Shown: piece after piece, positions 1 to 8,471 of the stretch
Numbering within the stretch: the stretch's first letter is position 1
Layout of the letters: every line of letters starts with the position of its first letter
Assembly: GCA_964360815.1 (NCBI GenBank)
Contig: CAYHYA010000003.1
Location: 1-63,433, forward strand
Length of the DNA stretch: 63,433 nt
From: an uncultured Candidatus Saccharibacteria bacterium
GTDB taxonomy: Bacteria; Patescibacteriota; Minisyncoccia; Phycocordibacterales; JACOZG01
Direction: 5' to 3'
The notes under the pieces: model-generated
Databases searched by the model: none
The model's input: only the letters and a program-made list of their open reading frames with translations
What the model was told of the DNA's origin: nothing
Made by a program: the position numbers and the translations under genes

Positions 1-19
1 TTACACCACACTCCGGCAA

Positions 20-91
20 TGGGCGACAAAGGGATTGAACCTTTGACCTTTCGCGTGTGAAGCGAACGCTCTACCACTGAGCTAGTCGCCC
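20..91 (-). tRNA. tRNA-Val (anticodon CAC)
   Basis: Reverse complement folds into a canonical cloverleaf. Acceptor is GGGCGAC/GTCGCCC; D-arm is GCTC-AGTGGTAGAGC. The anticodon stem TTCGC/GCGAA carries loop TTCACAC, giving anticodon CAC. T-arm is AAAGG-TTCAATC-CCTTT with discriminator A. No CCA is encoded. Confidence 0.8.
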
Positions 92-136
92 ACCAAACAC
101 CGCTCACCTTATCCTAGCAGAAAGGTTCGTGGGTGT

Positions 137-610
137 TCAATTAAAATTTTTCCAGAAAATGTCGGTGATTTTCCTCACCGGCTGACCGTTATTTTCGCCA
201 TAGGTGTAATGATGTTTCTGGGGTGTTCTGGTTTTGGCATTGTTGCTGACGGCTAGAGCATCCCCGAGATAAAAGCCGAGGTGTTTGTGCGCTTCACCGC
301 GCTCGTCAACTTTTTCCTCCCATACCACCACTGCACCTTTTTCCAGTTCGGCGGTTTTTTGCCAGCCGTGTTCCGCCATGTCCTTAAGCGTACTCGCGAC
401 CGTGCCGTGGACACGGCCGATTTGGTCAAACATTTTCAAGATTGACGAGACGAAGAAGGCGCACGACAGGTCGCCATCGCGCATGAGGTCTTGCTGGGTT
501 CCGTTGACCAGCGCGTACATTGTCCGAAACAGGTTTGCACCAACGGCATTATTGATTACCGCCAGATAAGTCTCGTAGAGTTGAGGAACAACTTTTTCTT
601 TTTCGCTCAT
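137..610 (-). CDS. hypothetical protein, possible papain-like cysteine peptidase/amidase fold
   Basis: 157-aa ORF. A candidate catalytic Cys (DLSCAFFVSSIL) precedes a His (HLGFYLGD), in the non-permuted order typical of NlpC/P60- or C39-like enzymes. It lies upstream of, and in the same orientation as, two envelope-protein genes. The functional call is weak. Confidence 0.55.
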   Translation of the reverse strand: MSEKEKVVPQLYETYLAVINNAVGANLFRTMYALVNGTQQDLMRDGDLSCAFFVSSILKMFDQIGRVHGTVASTLKDMAEHGWQKTAELEKGAVVVWEEKVDERGEAHKHLGFYLGDALAVSNNAKTRTPQKHHYTYGENNGQPVRKITDIFWKNFN

Positions 611-620
611 GTATTAGGGC

Positions 621-1280
621 TCACTTATACTCTCTAATTTCTACAACCACGGACGAGACATTCAAACGTTGGTGTTCCTGACCCCTTGTTGGTAAAAAGT
701 AAAAGGAGTATAGACCTTCTTCGCCAACAAAAGAATAATCCGTAAGCCGTCTCTCGCTAATGCTACTTATTTTGCGTTCGCGCGAAACATGCCCCCCCGA
801 TCTTAAGGGAATGATCTGTTTATATTCACCGCTAGGATACTTGAATTGGAAATTGTAGTTCGGTAGTATCGCAGGGTTTGCGCCGCCTTCAAAAAAACTG
901 TAGCCCAGATCTAAAAGTATCGTATAGCGATGACTATTATCCAAAACCAAATCATCGGGCACCTTAAAGTTTCCGGTGAAGTTACCGGCATTATCTCTTT
1001 GTAAATTAAAACTATAAATTGTCCGAGAAAGGAAAAACCCTCTTCCCATAAAAATACTGACACCGCCAACCAGTAAAAGAATGATCATAAGACCGTAAGG
1101 GAATTTTTTTCCACCAGCCAATCTACCAAAAAGGAGAGACAACGAAAGACTTACAAAAAATAAACCAATAATAATTGGAGTCAGGTCTTTTAAAACGAAG
1201 ATGCCAACAAAAACGCCGATGAAAGACAGTATCGAAATAACCCCAAAAGTTGACCTAATTAAGGAACAGACCCTAATCAT
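621..1280 (-). CDS. hypothetical membrane protein
   Basis: 219-aa ORF. The N-terminal half is hydrophobic with 3-4 predicted TM helices; a soluble C-terminal domain follows. It sits 10 nt downstream of the CARDB protein gene on the same strand, suggesting an operon. Confidence 0.6.
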   Translation of the reverse strand: MIRVCSLIRSTFGVISILSFIGVFVGIFVLKDLTPIIIGLFFVSLSLSLLFGRLAGGKKFPYGLMIILLLVGGVSIFMGRGFFLSRTIYSFNLQRDNAGNFTGNFKVPDDLVLDNSHRYTILLDLGYSFFEGGANPAILPNYNFQFKYPSGEYKQIIPLRSGGHVSRERKISSISERRLTDYSFVGEEGLYSFYFLPTRGQEHQRLNVSSVVVEIREYK

Positions 1281-1289
1281 CTTATTTAA

Positions 1290-2177
1290 CTACGGAACAA
1301 AGTTTATGACCTGATCGATTGCGTTGTTCCCCTCATTACTTTCCGTTATTTTATTATCGTAATCTAGCTCAAAATGGACATTCTTGGGGCCAGGAGAATT
1401 ATCATCAGACAAGAGTAAATAACCGGAATAGGAAATAGTGAATCGTTTGGTCTCACCGGGGTTAATGGTGCCGGCAAATGATCCGGTTTGCTGGTGAGCG
1501 GGATTGGTGCCGATCAAAGCTTTGGTGTTGGCCGAACCAGTAAAAACTTTTGTCCCATTGTTGATAAATCTTGCCTCGATTTTGACAGTCCTATCACCAG
1601 CCTTGGGCGGACTGGGGATAATCTGGATGTCCAAAACTTTCAAATCAACGTAACCACTGGCCGCCGCGGGATTATTTCCTTGGCTTGGTTGAGAAGGTTC
1701 ACCTAACATTTTTTGCATCGTGGCGGGAAAATCGAGCTTCCATGTGCCGGCTTCGTTTGAGAAAACGTAGTAACCCCGTTCAATGTCGCCGTCCTCATCC
1801 GTGCAGTTGCCGACGATAACGATGCGGCCGCTCTCTTCAGTTTCACTCAAATAAGACATACTCTCACAACGGAGACTAAAACCAGGGGTGGAGAGTATCT
1901 GTTGCGAACTAGCCGTAAAGTATTGGGCGAGACTAGCTAACGGCAAATTTTGTTCCACGCCCAGTTTAATCTTGTCGAAAGTCAGCTTGGCCCCGCTTGC
2001 TAGGTTCACCGGTGTCGGTGCGGGCTGATTACTGGTCGGGGCCGTTTCATCTGCTGGTAAATTAGTGTCGGGCGGTGGCGTATCAACCTGACCATTTTGC
2101 CAATAGTAAAAGCCACCGCTAGCGGTGGCTAAAACTACAAGTAGAATAATTATCAGAGCGACGCTACCTTTTTGCAT
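1290..2177 (-). CDS. membrane-anchored protein with C-terminal CARDB-like domain
   Basis: 295 aa with an N-terminal signal/TM segment (ALIIILLVVLATASGGF) and a Pro/Thr-rich linker. The C-terminus carries CARDB-type motifs (GDRTVKIEARFINNGTK ... NEGNNAIDQVINFV). Confidence 0.7.
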   Translation of the reverse strand: MQKGSVALIIILLVVLATASGGFYYWQNGQVDTPPPDTNLPADETAPTSNQPAPTPVNLASGAKLTFDKIKLGVEQNLPLASLAQYFTASSQQILSTPGFSLRCESMSYLSETEESGRIVIVGNCTDEDGDIERGYYVFSNEAGTWKLDFPATMQKMLGEPSQPSQGNNPAAASGYVDLKVLDIQIIPSPPKAGDRTVKIEARFINNGTKVFTGSANTKALIGTNPAHQQTGSFAGTINPGETKRFTISYSGYLLLSDDNSPGPKNVHFELDYDNKITESNEGNNAIDQVINFVP

Positions 2178-2321
2178 ATTATTTTCTAGTTAATTGATTA
2201 ATAATCTTGAGTAACTCTCCCACGATCTTACTAGTCATTGTATCCAAAATTAAATCGTAAATCCACTGCTGGGAAGTATTTGGAAGTCCGACTTCCAAGT
2301 TTTAGGGATTTCTCTATTTTT

Positions 2322-2392
2322 TGGACCTGCGGGGAATCGGACCCCGACCTCATCCATGCCATGGACGCGTAATACCATTTTACTACAGGCCC
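2322..2392 (-). tRNA. tRNA-Ala-like (anticodon GGC), atypical T-loop
   Basis: Reverse complement is GGGCCTG-TA-GTAA-AATGGTA-TTAC-G-CGTCC-ATGGCAT-GGATG-AGGT-CGGGG-TCCGATT-CCCCG-CAGGTCC-A. The cloverleaf is complete, with a G-U pair in the acceptor stem and anticodon GGC. The T-loop reads TCCGATT instead of the TTCRANY consensus (C at position 55), so it may be a diverged or pseudo-tRNA. Confidence 0.5.
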
Positions 2393-2396
2393 GCGC
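2368..2396. repeat. 29-bp perfect direct repeat, copy 1 (tRNA-Ala 5' 25 nt plus 4 nt upstream)
   Basis: cgtaataccattttactacaggcccgcgc is identical at 2368-2396 and 2695-2723. It corresponds to the acceptor 5' strand, D-arm and position 26 of the tRNA-Ala-like gene. Confidence 0.85.
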
Positions 2397-2655
2397 TTGT
2401 TGTTTTTATTTCACCGTCTTCAATTATTCTTTTGATCAAGGATCGGTTCTTCCAACGTTTCAATTTTAATTCCATCTTTCGGGCTTCTGTCGAGGTGGAA
2501 TATCTTTGACATAAAACAATCTCTAGAGGCACAAGATATTTCAGAGATTTTGTCTTGCCGGCATTATGCTCGACGATTCTTCGTGTCGGATCGTTACTGG
2601 ATCCAATGTAGTAACGACCATTCTTTTTGCTCTGTGCGATATAAAGATAACACAT
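2383..2655 (-). CDS. GIY-YIG domain nuclease (small free-standing GIY-YIG protein)
   Basis: 90-aa ORF carrying the GIY-YIG core (MCYLYIAQSKKNGRYYIGSSNDPTRRIVEHN). Its 3' end overlaps the 5' end of the tRNA-Ala-like gene by 10 nt. The ORF is flanked by 29-bp perfect direct repeats. Confidence 0.7.
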   Translation of the reverse strand: MCYLYIAQSKKNGRYYIGSSNDPTRRIVEHNAGKTKSLKYLVPLEIVLCQRYSTSTEARKMELKLKRWKNRSLIKRIIEDGEIKTTSAGL

Positions 2656-2694
2656 CTTTTGTCTTTTACCCGACCTTCCCGATGACCATCGGGA

Positions 2695-2723
2695 CGTAAT
2701 ACCATTTTACTACAGGCCCGCGC
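2695..2723. repeat. 29-bp perfect direct repeat, copy 2 (partial pseudo-tRNA copy)
   Basis: Identical to 2368-2396. Read on the minus strand it continues into a degenerate anticodon arm (TCCCG-ATGGTCAT-CGGGA) and a variable-loop/T-stem start (AGGTCGGGT), after which tRNA similarity is lost. This looks like a truncated paralogous tRNA remnant. Confidence 0.8.
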
Positions 2724-2830
2724 TGATTTGGAAAAGATAACATAAGTTTCTCCAAACAAAAAGATCGTCCCGGTGTACACTGGGACGATCGGATTCAACC
2801 CTCTAGATAATCTCACGCAAACACCTAAAC

Positions 2831-3145
2831 CTAAACACTAATCGCGGCTGTTTCAGGGTGAGAAAGTTCTTTTTGTTGGCCCCTAGTGATTTTAGCCACG
2901 ATCGTCACCGTCTGTTCGGTCTGGTTGGTCGTCAGTCGTCGTGAGTCTTCTGATAACAACAGGTCTAATGTTGTTTGCTCATTGTCAACTGTGCCGGAGA
3001 TGGCGATTCGCACAAGTTCACGAGTCTTCACCCACTCCAAAAGAGTCCTCACGACAAAACCATCATCAATGTCTTCGATTGGAAGACTGCTTTGTCCATG
3101 GTTATCAGTTTTTCTAACGCTCACACCACATGGTTCAATCTTCAT
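2831..3145 (-). CDS. hypothetical protein
   Basis: 104-aa ORF with a strong Shine-Dalgarno sequence (AGGAGG, 7 nt before the ATG). No recognisable motif. Confidence 0.6.
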   Translation of the reverse strand: MKIEPCGVSVRKTDNHGQSSLPIEDIDDGFVVRTLLEWVKTRELVRIAISGTVDNEQTTLDLLLSEDSRRLTTNQTEQTVTIVAKITRGQQKELSHPETAAISV

Positions 3146-3464
3146 GGCAACTCCTCCTTATTGCTTATTGATTGCCTCGTGAGGCTTTTCGACCCCGGTC
3201 GAAATCCATTCCATGGCGGATTCTATCACCCTCCTTCACAAAAGACCAGTTTTAACCAACGCGACCACATTCGTACCACGACAAAGAATTAAAGTAAGGG
3301 CTAAAAAGAAAAAGCCCCCGATGCAGACGGATCTGCGCAAGGGTCTTTTACATGGTGATGTGGCCATTATATCACCGCCACCGGTGGCGGTGGCAGATTT
3401 AGAATTTCAAAAGAAAAAAGGCGGCCATTGCTGGTCGCCCGGTGTGCCCCTGCCATTCTCCGGA

Positions 3465-3782
3465 TTAGTCGTCGTCGCTTGTGGCCCAAATCAGAAATGC
3501 CAGGAAGAGGAAAGAACCCGTTGCGATACCGGCACCAGTCATCGCATCTAGTATGGGACCTTTAAATACTCCATCTAGGAATAGAAAACTACCACCAATA
3601 AATCCAAGAGTTGCAACGATTGTCAGAGCAACAAAAGTCAGGGAAAGAGCAATCACACCGCATGTCTTCAGGTAGTCAATTACATAATCCATACACCCAA
3701 TACCTTTCGTAAAAGACCTTGGTTTATTCCAAAATCCCAACCCCATTCCTACCATGTTTTCTAAAATTTTGCTACCCTTCAC
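3465..3782 (-). CDS. small hypothetical membrane protein
   Basis: 105-aa ORF with two hydrophobic helices and an acidic C-terminus (SDDD). It is divergent from ychF. Confidence 0.5.
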   Translation of the reverse strand: MKGSKILENMVGMGLGFWNKPRSFTKGIGCMDYVIDYLKTCGVIALSLTFVALTIVATLGFIGGSFLFLDGVFKGPILDAMTGAGIATGSFLFLAFLIWATSDDD

Positions 3783-3785
3783 GCC

Positions 3786-4751
3786 ATGTCTCTCTCGATC
3801 GGCATTGTCGGTTTGCCCAATGTTGGGAAGTCCACGCTTTTTAATGCGCTGACGAAAAAAAGCGTCCCGGCGGAGAATTATCCGTTTTGCACGATTGATC
3901 CAGCGGTCGGCGTGGTCGCCGTGCCCGACGAACGGCTGACGAAGTTAAGCGAATTTTCGAAGGCGGCCAAAACGATTCCGGCGGCGGTGGAGTTTGTGGA
4001 CATCGCCGGACTCGTCCGCGGGGCCTCTCGCGGTGAGGGTCTGGGCAACCAATTTTTGTCTCACATCCGCGAGGTGGACGCGATCGCCGAAGTAGTGCGG
4101 GTGTTTGCTGATCCGAAAGTCATTCACGTTAACAATAAAATCGAACCGCTTTCCGATATTGAAACGATAAATTTGGAATTAGCTTTAGCTGATCTCGAGA
4201 CGGTGAAGAAGCGTCGCGCTAGTCTCGGTCGCGAGGTCAAGCGCGGCGACAAGGCCGCCCTGGCCGAAGAGGCCATGTTGGCGAAAATCGAGCAGGACTT
4301 GGAACAAGGCCAACCGGCGCGCGGCGCGCCGAAAGATTTACATTTATTGACGGCCAAACCGGTGCTCTACGTGCTCAACACGTCGGCGGCGACGGAAAAC
4401 GTGCCGGTTACTCTTGGGTCGGCCGAGGTGGTTAAAGTTGATCCGGTTTTCGGTGTTGGCTTGGACGACTTGATTACTGCCAGTTACCAGTTGCTCGGTT
4501 TGATCACCTTCTTTACCACCGGTGAGGACGAAACACGGGCCTGGACGATTCGCCGCGGCGCCACCGCGCCGGAAGCCGGCGCCGCCATCCATTCCGATTT
4601 CCAAACGCGATTTATTCGGGCCGAAGTCATTGGCCACGAAGACTTGCTTAGCACCGGCTCTTACGCCGCCGCGCGCGAGCGGGGATTGCTTCGCACCGAG
4701 GGTCGCGGCTATGTCGTCCAAGACGGCGACGTGGTGGAGTTTAAGATTTAA
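3786..4751 (+). CDS. ychF: ribosome-binding ATPase YchF (Obg-like ATPase)
   Basis: GIVGLPNVGKSTLFNAL P-loop, the NYPFCTIDP motif, and a C-terminal TGS-like end (DGDVVEFKI). Confidence 0.9.
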   Translation: MSLSIGIVGLPNVGKSTLFNALTKKSVPAENYPFCTIDPAVGVVAVPDERLTKLSEFSKAAKTIPAAVEFVDIAGLVRGASRGEGLGNQFLSHIREVDAIAEVVRVFADPKVIHVNNKIEPLSDIETINLELALADLETVKKRRASLGREVKRGDKAALAEEAMLAKIEQDLEQGQPARGAPKDLHLLTAKPVLYVLNTSAATENVPVTLGSAEVVKVDPVFGVGLDDLITASYQLLGLITFFTTGEDETRAWTIRRGATAPEAGAAIHSDFQTRFIRAEVIGHEDLLSTGSYAAARERGLLRTEGRGYVVQDGDVVEFKI

Positions 4752-4878
4752 AACTCGAAGAAAGAAATGTCCCCACATCACAACAAGTGACATGGGGAAT
4801 AGCAGATTTCGGCCAGCTATTTGTGCAGAGATGGTTTCGGAAGTCTATCTACTTCAGATCCTATGCTGACTTTATAGA

Positions 4879-5901
4879 TTAGTCAACCAAACGCGGTTTG
4901 TAATCGGCTGGCGCGGCGGCCAAATATTTTTCGAGAGTCGGTCGATCGAGTAGTCCGGCTTGGGCACCGACTTGTTGCACCACCGACATCGAATTGATTG
5001 GTGCCCAAGTTAAGGCCTCGGAAACGCTTTTCCCCAGCGCCAGCGCGGCAACAAAGGTAGAAGAGAAGGCGTCACCGGCGCCGGTGCGTTCAAGCGGTGG
5101 CTTTGGGTCGGGGTAAGGTGGCATAAACCAAACTCGGCCTTCCTCAAGAACGTGCGCGCCTCTTGGTCCGTCGGTAATCACCACGATTTTTGGCCCGAGT
5201 TCGTGGAGCCCCACGAGTAGTTTTTTTATTTCTGACTCGGTTGTGCCGAGGATTTTTTGCGTCTCGCCGACATTACAGAGAAAAACATCACTGCGTTGAT
5301 AGAGTCCAGTTAGTGTTTCGTGACCAAACTTAATTTGGAAAGTGCCGGGTTGGAAAGCGAACTTGATCTCCGGCGCGCCGTTTAAGTAACCGAGCAGGGC
5401 TTTGTGATAAGAAAGAGAATTTTCGCCGAGCGAACTTAAATACAACCACCGTGGCGGTTTCGAATTAGAATTTTCCGCCGAGATGATTGGCAAAGCGTAG
5501 GGATATTCTTCGTGTTTGATTAAAATGGTGCGATCGTCGGCAAACCACAAGACGTAGTGATAATTAGTCAGCCGGTTTTCGTGAACACGCACGAACCTGG
5601 TCTCCACCCCGGCCCGTTTAAGTGTGGCCAGGGCCTCTCGTCCGTGGTCGTCGGCCCCCAGATCCGTCACGAGTGCCGTTTTCAAACCCAATCGCGCCGC
5701 CGCCACGGCGGCGTTCGGCGAGTTTCCCACGGCTGGCAACACCGTTACCGATTCATAGGGAATTTTCGAACCGTAAGCCAGGCAAATCTGGCAGTTCTCT
5801 TTTTTTAAATCACAATGCAGTTCGGCATTCTTAAGTCGAATAAATGCGTCGGTCACAATATCACCGAGGGCGACAAAATCAAATTGTTCTGGTTCGGGCA
5901 T
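4879..5901 (-). CDS. PfkB-family carbohydrate kinase (ribokinase-like sugar/sugar-phosphate kinase)
   Basis: 340 aa with the PfkB signature TGAGDAF near the C-terminus and an N-terminal GD..D motif. It is divergent from a class II aldolase gene. Confidence 0.8.
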   Translation of the reverse strand: MPEPEQFDFVALGDIVTDAFIRLKNAELHCDLKKENCQICLAYGSKIPYESVTVLPAVGNSPNAAVAAARLGLKTALVTDLGADDHGREALATLKRAGVETRFVRVHENRLTNYHYVLWFADDRTILIKHEEYPYALPIISAENSNSKPPRWLYLSSLGENSLSYHKALLGYLNGAPEIKFAFQPGTFQIKFGHETLTGLYQRSDVFLCNVGETQKILGTTESEIKKLLVGLHELGPKIVVITDGPRGAHVLEEGRVWFMPPYPDPKPPLERTGAGDAFSSTFVAALALGKSVSEALTWAPINSMSVVQQVGAQAGLLDRPTLEKYLAAAPADYKPRLVD

Positions 5902-5905
5902 CGCG

Positions 5906-6811
5906 GTGGATTATAGCACAGGCGACTGTGTTATACTTACACCAATGAAAACCTTGCGTCAGTGGATTAAAGCGGCCGAAGAAAAAAAGGTGGCCATCGG
6001 CCACTTCAACATTTCCAATCTCGAGGGCTTCTGGGCGATTGCCCGCGCCGCGCGGGAACTTGACGTGCCGGTGATTATCGGTGTGTCGGAAGGTGAACGG
6101 GATTTTGTCGGTGTGCGACAGGTGGCGGCACTGGTACGGAGCATCCGCGAAGAATTGGCTCAACCAATTTTTTTAAACGCTGATCATACTTATTCCTTTG
6201 ATCGAGTGAAGGAGGCGATTGGTGCCGGCTTTGATGCGGTAATTTTTGATGGGAGTAAGTTGCCCCTCACCGAAAATATCACTGAAACAAAACGCGCGGT
6301 GGAATATGGGCGAAGTATTAATCCGGAGATCATTGTTGAGGGCGAACTCGGTTACATCGGCACGTCGTCCAAGGTACTCGAAGCGATACCAGACGAAGTA
6401 AGCTTGAAGCAAGAGGCGTTGGTTAAACCGGCCGCCGCGGCCGAGTTCGTGGCGGCAACTGGAGTGGACCTGTTTGCGCCGGCGGTCGGTAACATTCACG
6501 GTATGCTGAAGGGCGGGGTTGATCCAGCTTTGGATATTGAACGAATTAATTTGATCCGTTCGGCGGCTGGTGTGCCGCTCGTGCTGCACGGCGCATCCGG
6601 CAACAGCGATGACGATTTACGGCGGGCGATTGCCGCCGGCGTGGCGATTATCCACATCAATACTGAACTGCGCGTCGCCTATCGCGACGCGCTAAAGCAG
6701 TCGTTACAAGAAAATCCCGAGGAAGTGGCGCCGTATAAAATTTTAAAACCCGCCGTGCTGGCGATGCAAAAAGTTGTCGAGAAGAAGTTAAAGTTATTCA
6801 ATAATTTATAA
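5906..6811 (+). CDS. class II fructose/tagatose-bisphosphate aldolase family protein
   Basis: Class II ketose-bisphosphate aldolase motifs: HFNISNLE, LNADHTYSF, the VIFDGS..E.N region and LHGASG. Confidence 0.8.
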   Translation: MDYSTGDCVILTPMKTLRQWIKAAEEKKVAIGHFNISNLEGFWAIARAARELDVPVIIGVSEGERDFVGVRQVAALVRSIREELAQPIFLNADHTYSFDRVKEAIGAGFDAVIFDGSKLPLTENITETKRAVEYGRSINPEIIVEGELGYIGTSSKVLEAIPDEVSLKQEALVKPAAAAEFVAATGVDLFAPAVGNIHGMLKGGVDPALDIERINLIRSAAGVPLVLHGASGNSDDDLRRAIAAGVAIIHINTELRVAYRDALKQSLQENPEEVAPYKILKPAVLAMQKVVEKKLKLFNNL

Positions 6812-6818
6812 ATTTTTT

Positions 6819-7787
6819 ATGTCGAAAATTTTTGTTACAAAACGGATTCCGAACAGTGGTTTGAGTTTACTGAAGGAAGGTGGCCACGAAGTGGTGGTTA
6901 GCGACAAGATCAGCGACCTAACGAAGGACGAACTGGTCGAGACGCTTAAGACCGGCGGTTATGAGGCCGTTCTTTGCCTTCTGACGAACAAGATTGATGA
7001 CGAAGTGTTCGCCGCCGCCCCAACGGCGAAAATTTTCGCCAACTATGCCGTGGGCGTAGACAACATTGACCTCGCCGCCGCGCGAGCGCGCGGCGTGCTC
7101 GTCACCAACACCCCGGGCGTGTTGACGAATGCCGTCGCCGAACACGCCTTTGCCTTAATGATCGCCGTGGCCAAGCGCGTGGCCGAAGCCGATCGTTTTA
7201 CTCGGGCGGGACAATATGCCGGCTGGGAGCCGATGCTTCTACTCGGTACGGAACTGGCTGGTCAAACTCTAGGCGTGGTTGGCCTCGGGCGAATTGGTTC
7301 GCGGCTGGCGCATTTTGCCGCCCGCGGTTTCGGAATGAAAATTGTTTACTACGACGTGGCGCGGAATGAACAATTTGAACAAGATTACGCGGCCGAATAT
7401 CGGAGCGAGGTGACGGAGGTTTTGCGCGTCGCCGATTTTGTTTCGATTCATGTGCCACTCCTTGACTCAACCAAACACCTGATCAATCGTGAACGACTCG
7501 CCCTGATGAAGCCGACGGCCATCCTGGTTAACACGTCGCGCGGGCCGGTGGTGGACGAAGCGGCCCTGGTTGATGCTTTAAAGAACGGCGTAATCCGTGG
7601 GGCCGGTTTAGACGTGTTTGAGAACGAGCCGCGCCTCGCGGCTGGATTGAACGAACTGGATAACGTCATTCTAACTCCACACACCGCTTCGGCCACCGAA
7701 GAAACGCGCCAGGCCATGTCGCGCCTCGCGGCGGAAAACATTATCGCCGCTTTGACTGGTCAAACGCCACCCAATTTGGTAGTGTAG
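6819..7787 (+). CDS. D-isomer-specific 2-hydroxyacid dehydrogenase (glyoxylate/hydroxypyruvate reductase or PGDH-like)
   Basis: NAD-binding motif GVVGLGRIGSRLA, and the catalytic region carrying the HVPL..ST..LI motif typical of the D-2-hydroxyacid dehydrogenase family. Confidence 0.8.
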   Translation: MSKIFVTKRIPNSGLSLLKEGGHEVVVSDKISDLTKDELVETLKTGGYEAVLCLLTNKIDDEVFAAAPTAKIFANYAVGVDNIDLAAARARGVLVTNTPGVLTNAVAEHAFALMIAVAKRVAEADRFTRAGQYAGWEPMLLLGTELAGQTLGVVGLGRIGSRLAHFAARGFGMKIVYYDVARNEQFEQDYAAEYRSEVTEVLRVADFVSIHVPLLDSTKHLINRERLALMKPTAILVNTSRGPVVDEAALVDALKNGVIRGAGLDVFENEPRLAAGLNELDNVILTPHTASATEETRQAMSRLAAENIIAALTGQTPPNLVV

Positions 7788-7792
7788 CCAAC

Positions 7793-8467
7793 ATGATCAG
7801 TTTGCAAGCCGAAGGGCGGGCAATTTTTGGAAAAAAACTCGAAGCGGCGCGACGCGCCGGAAGTTTGCCGGTGGTGGTTTACGGCCGCAAGGTTAAGGCC
7901 AGCCCGATGTTTGTGCAGACCCAGGAATTCAAGAAAGTTTTTAGTCAGGCCGGCGAATCCTCAATCATTACCCTGCAAACGCCAGGGGGCAAAGAAAACG
8001 TTTTAATTTATGGTTTAGCGTGGCACCCGGTAACCGGTGAACCGATTCACGCCGATTTTTATGTCGTCGAAAAGGACGTGGCGATTAAGGTTAAAATTCA
8101 GATTGAATTTACTGGCACCGCCGGAGCCGTTAAGGAGCTTGGCGGCACTCTGCTTAAAGTATTGCACGAATTAGAGGTGGAAGCCCTGCCGCAAGATTTG
8201 CCCCACTCGGTGGTCGTTGATCTTGCGCCGCTCGCCGCGCTCGACAGTCAAATTTTGGTTCGCGATCTAATTTTGCCCAAAGGGGTGAAGACGCTTAATC
8301 GTCAGGATGAAGTGGTCGTCTCGATTGCTCTGGCCGAGGAAGAATCGGCCGAAGCCGACGCGCCGGTTGATCTCTCGGCGATCGAAGTGGCCAAGCGCGG
8401 GAAGGAGGAAACAACGGAAGACGAAACGACGCCGGCGGCGGACTCGACTTTGCCCGAGAAGAAATAA
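7793..8467 (+). CDS. rplY: 50S ribosomal protein L25 / general stress protein Ctc form
   Basis: 224 aa. The N-terminal L25 domain (LQAEGRAIFGKKLEAARRAGSLPVVVYGRK) is followed by a Ctc-type C-terminal domain and an acidic tail. Confidence 0.8.
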   Translation: MISLQAEGRAIFGKKLEAARRAGSLPVVVYGRKVKASPMFVQTQEFKKVFSQAGESSIITLQTPGGKENVLIYGLAWHPVTGEPIHADFYVVEKDVAIKVKIQIEFTGTAGAVKELGGTLLKVLHELEVEALPQDLPHSVVVDLAPLAALDSQILVRDLILPKGVKTLNRQDEVVVSIALAEEESAEADAPVDLSAIEVAKRGKEETTEDETTPAADSTLPEKK

Positions 8468-8471
8468 AAAA

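Noticed and set aside
2282-2296. ggaagtccgacttcc hairpin near the tRNA-Ala, with a one-mismatch twin (ggaagtacgacttcc) at 54527-54541 near repeat copy A.
   Set aside because: A 15-mer with one mismatch is within chance expectation for a 63-kb window, and neither has an adjacent T-tract. Noted only as a coincidence.
2541-2816. 91-aa ORF overlapping the GIY-YIG gene on the same strand in another frame.
   Set aside because: No motifs, and it overlaps a well-supported GIY-YIG ORF and the repeat region. Likely spurious.
4780-4830. Possible bidirectional terminator between convergent ychF and the PfkB kinase (tcccca ... tgggga stem).
   Set aside because: The stem is only 6 bp with a ~20-nt loop and there is no clear U-tract. 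Too weak to call.
8307-8471. The ORF track extends the lytic-transglycosylase ORF upstream to 8307, overlapping rplY.
   Set aside because: The extension is an Arg/Lys-rich read-through in the rplY 3' region. A signal peptide begins exactly at the ATG at 8472, right after the rplY stop, so I placed the start there.
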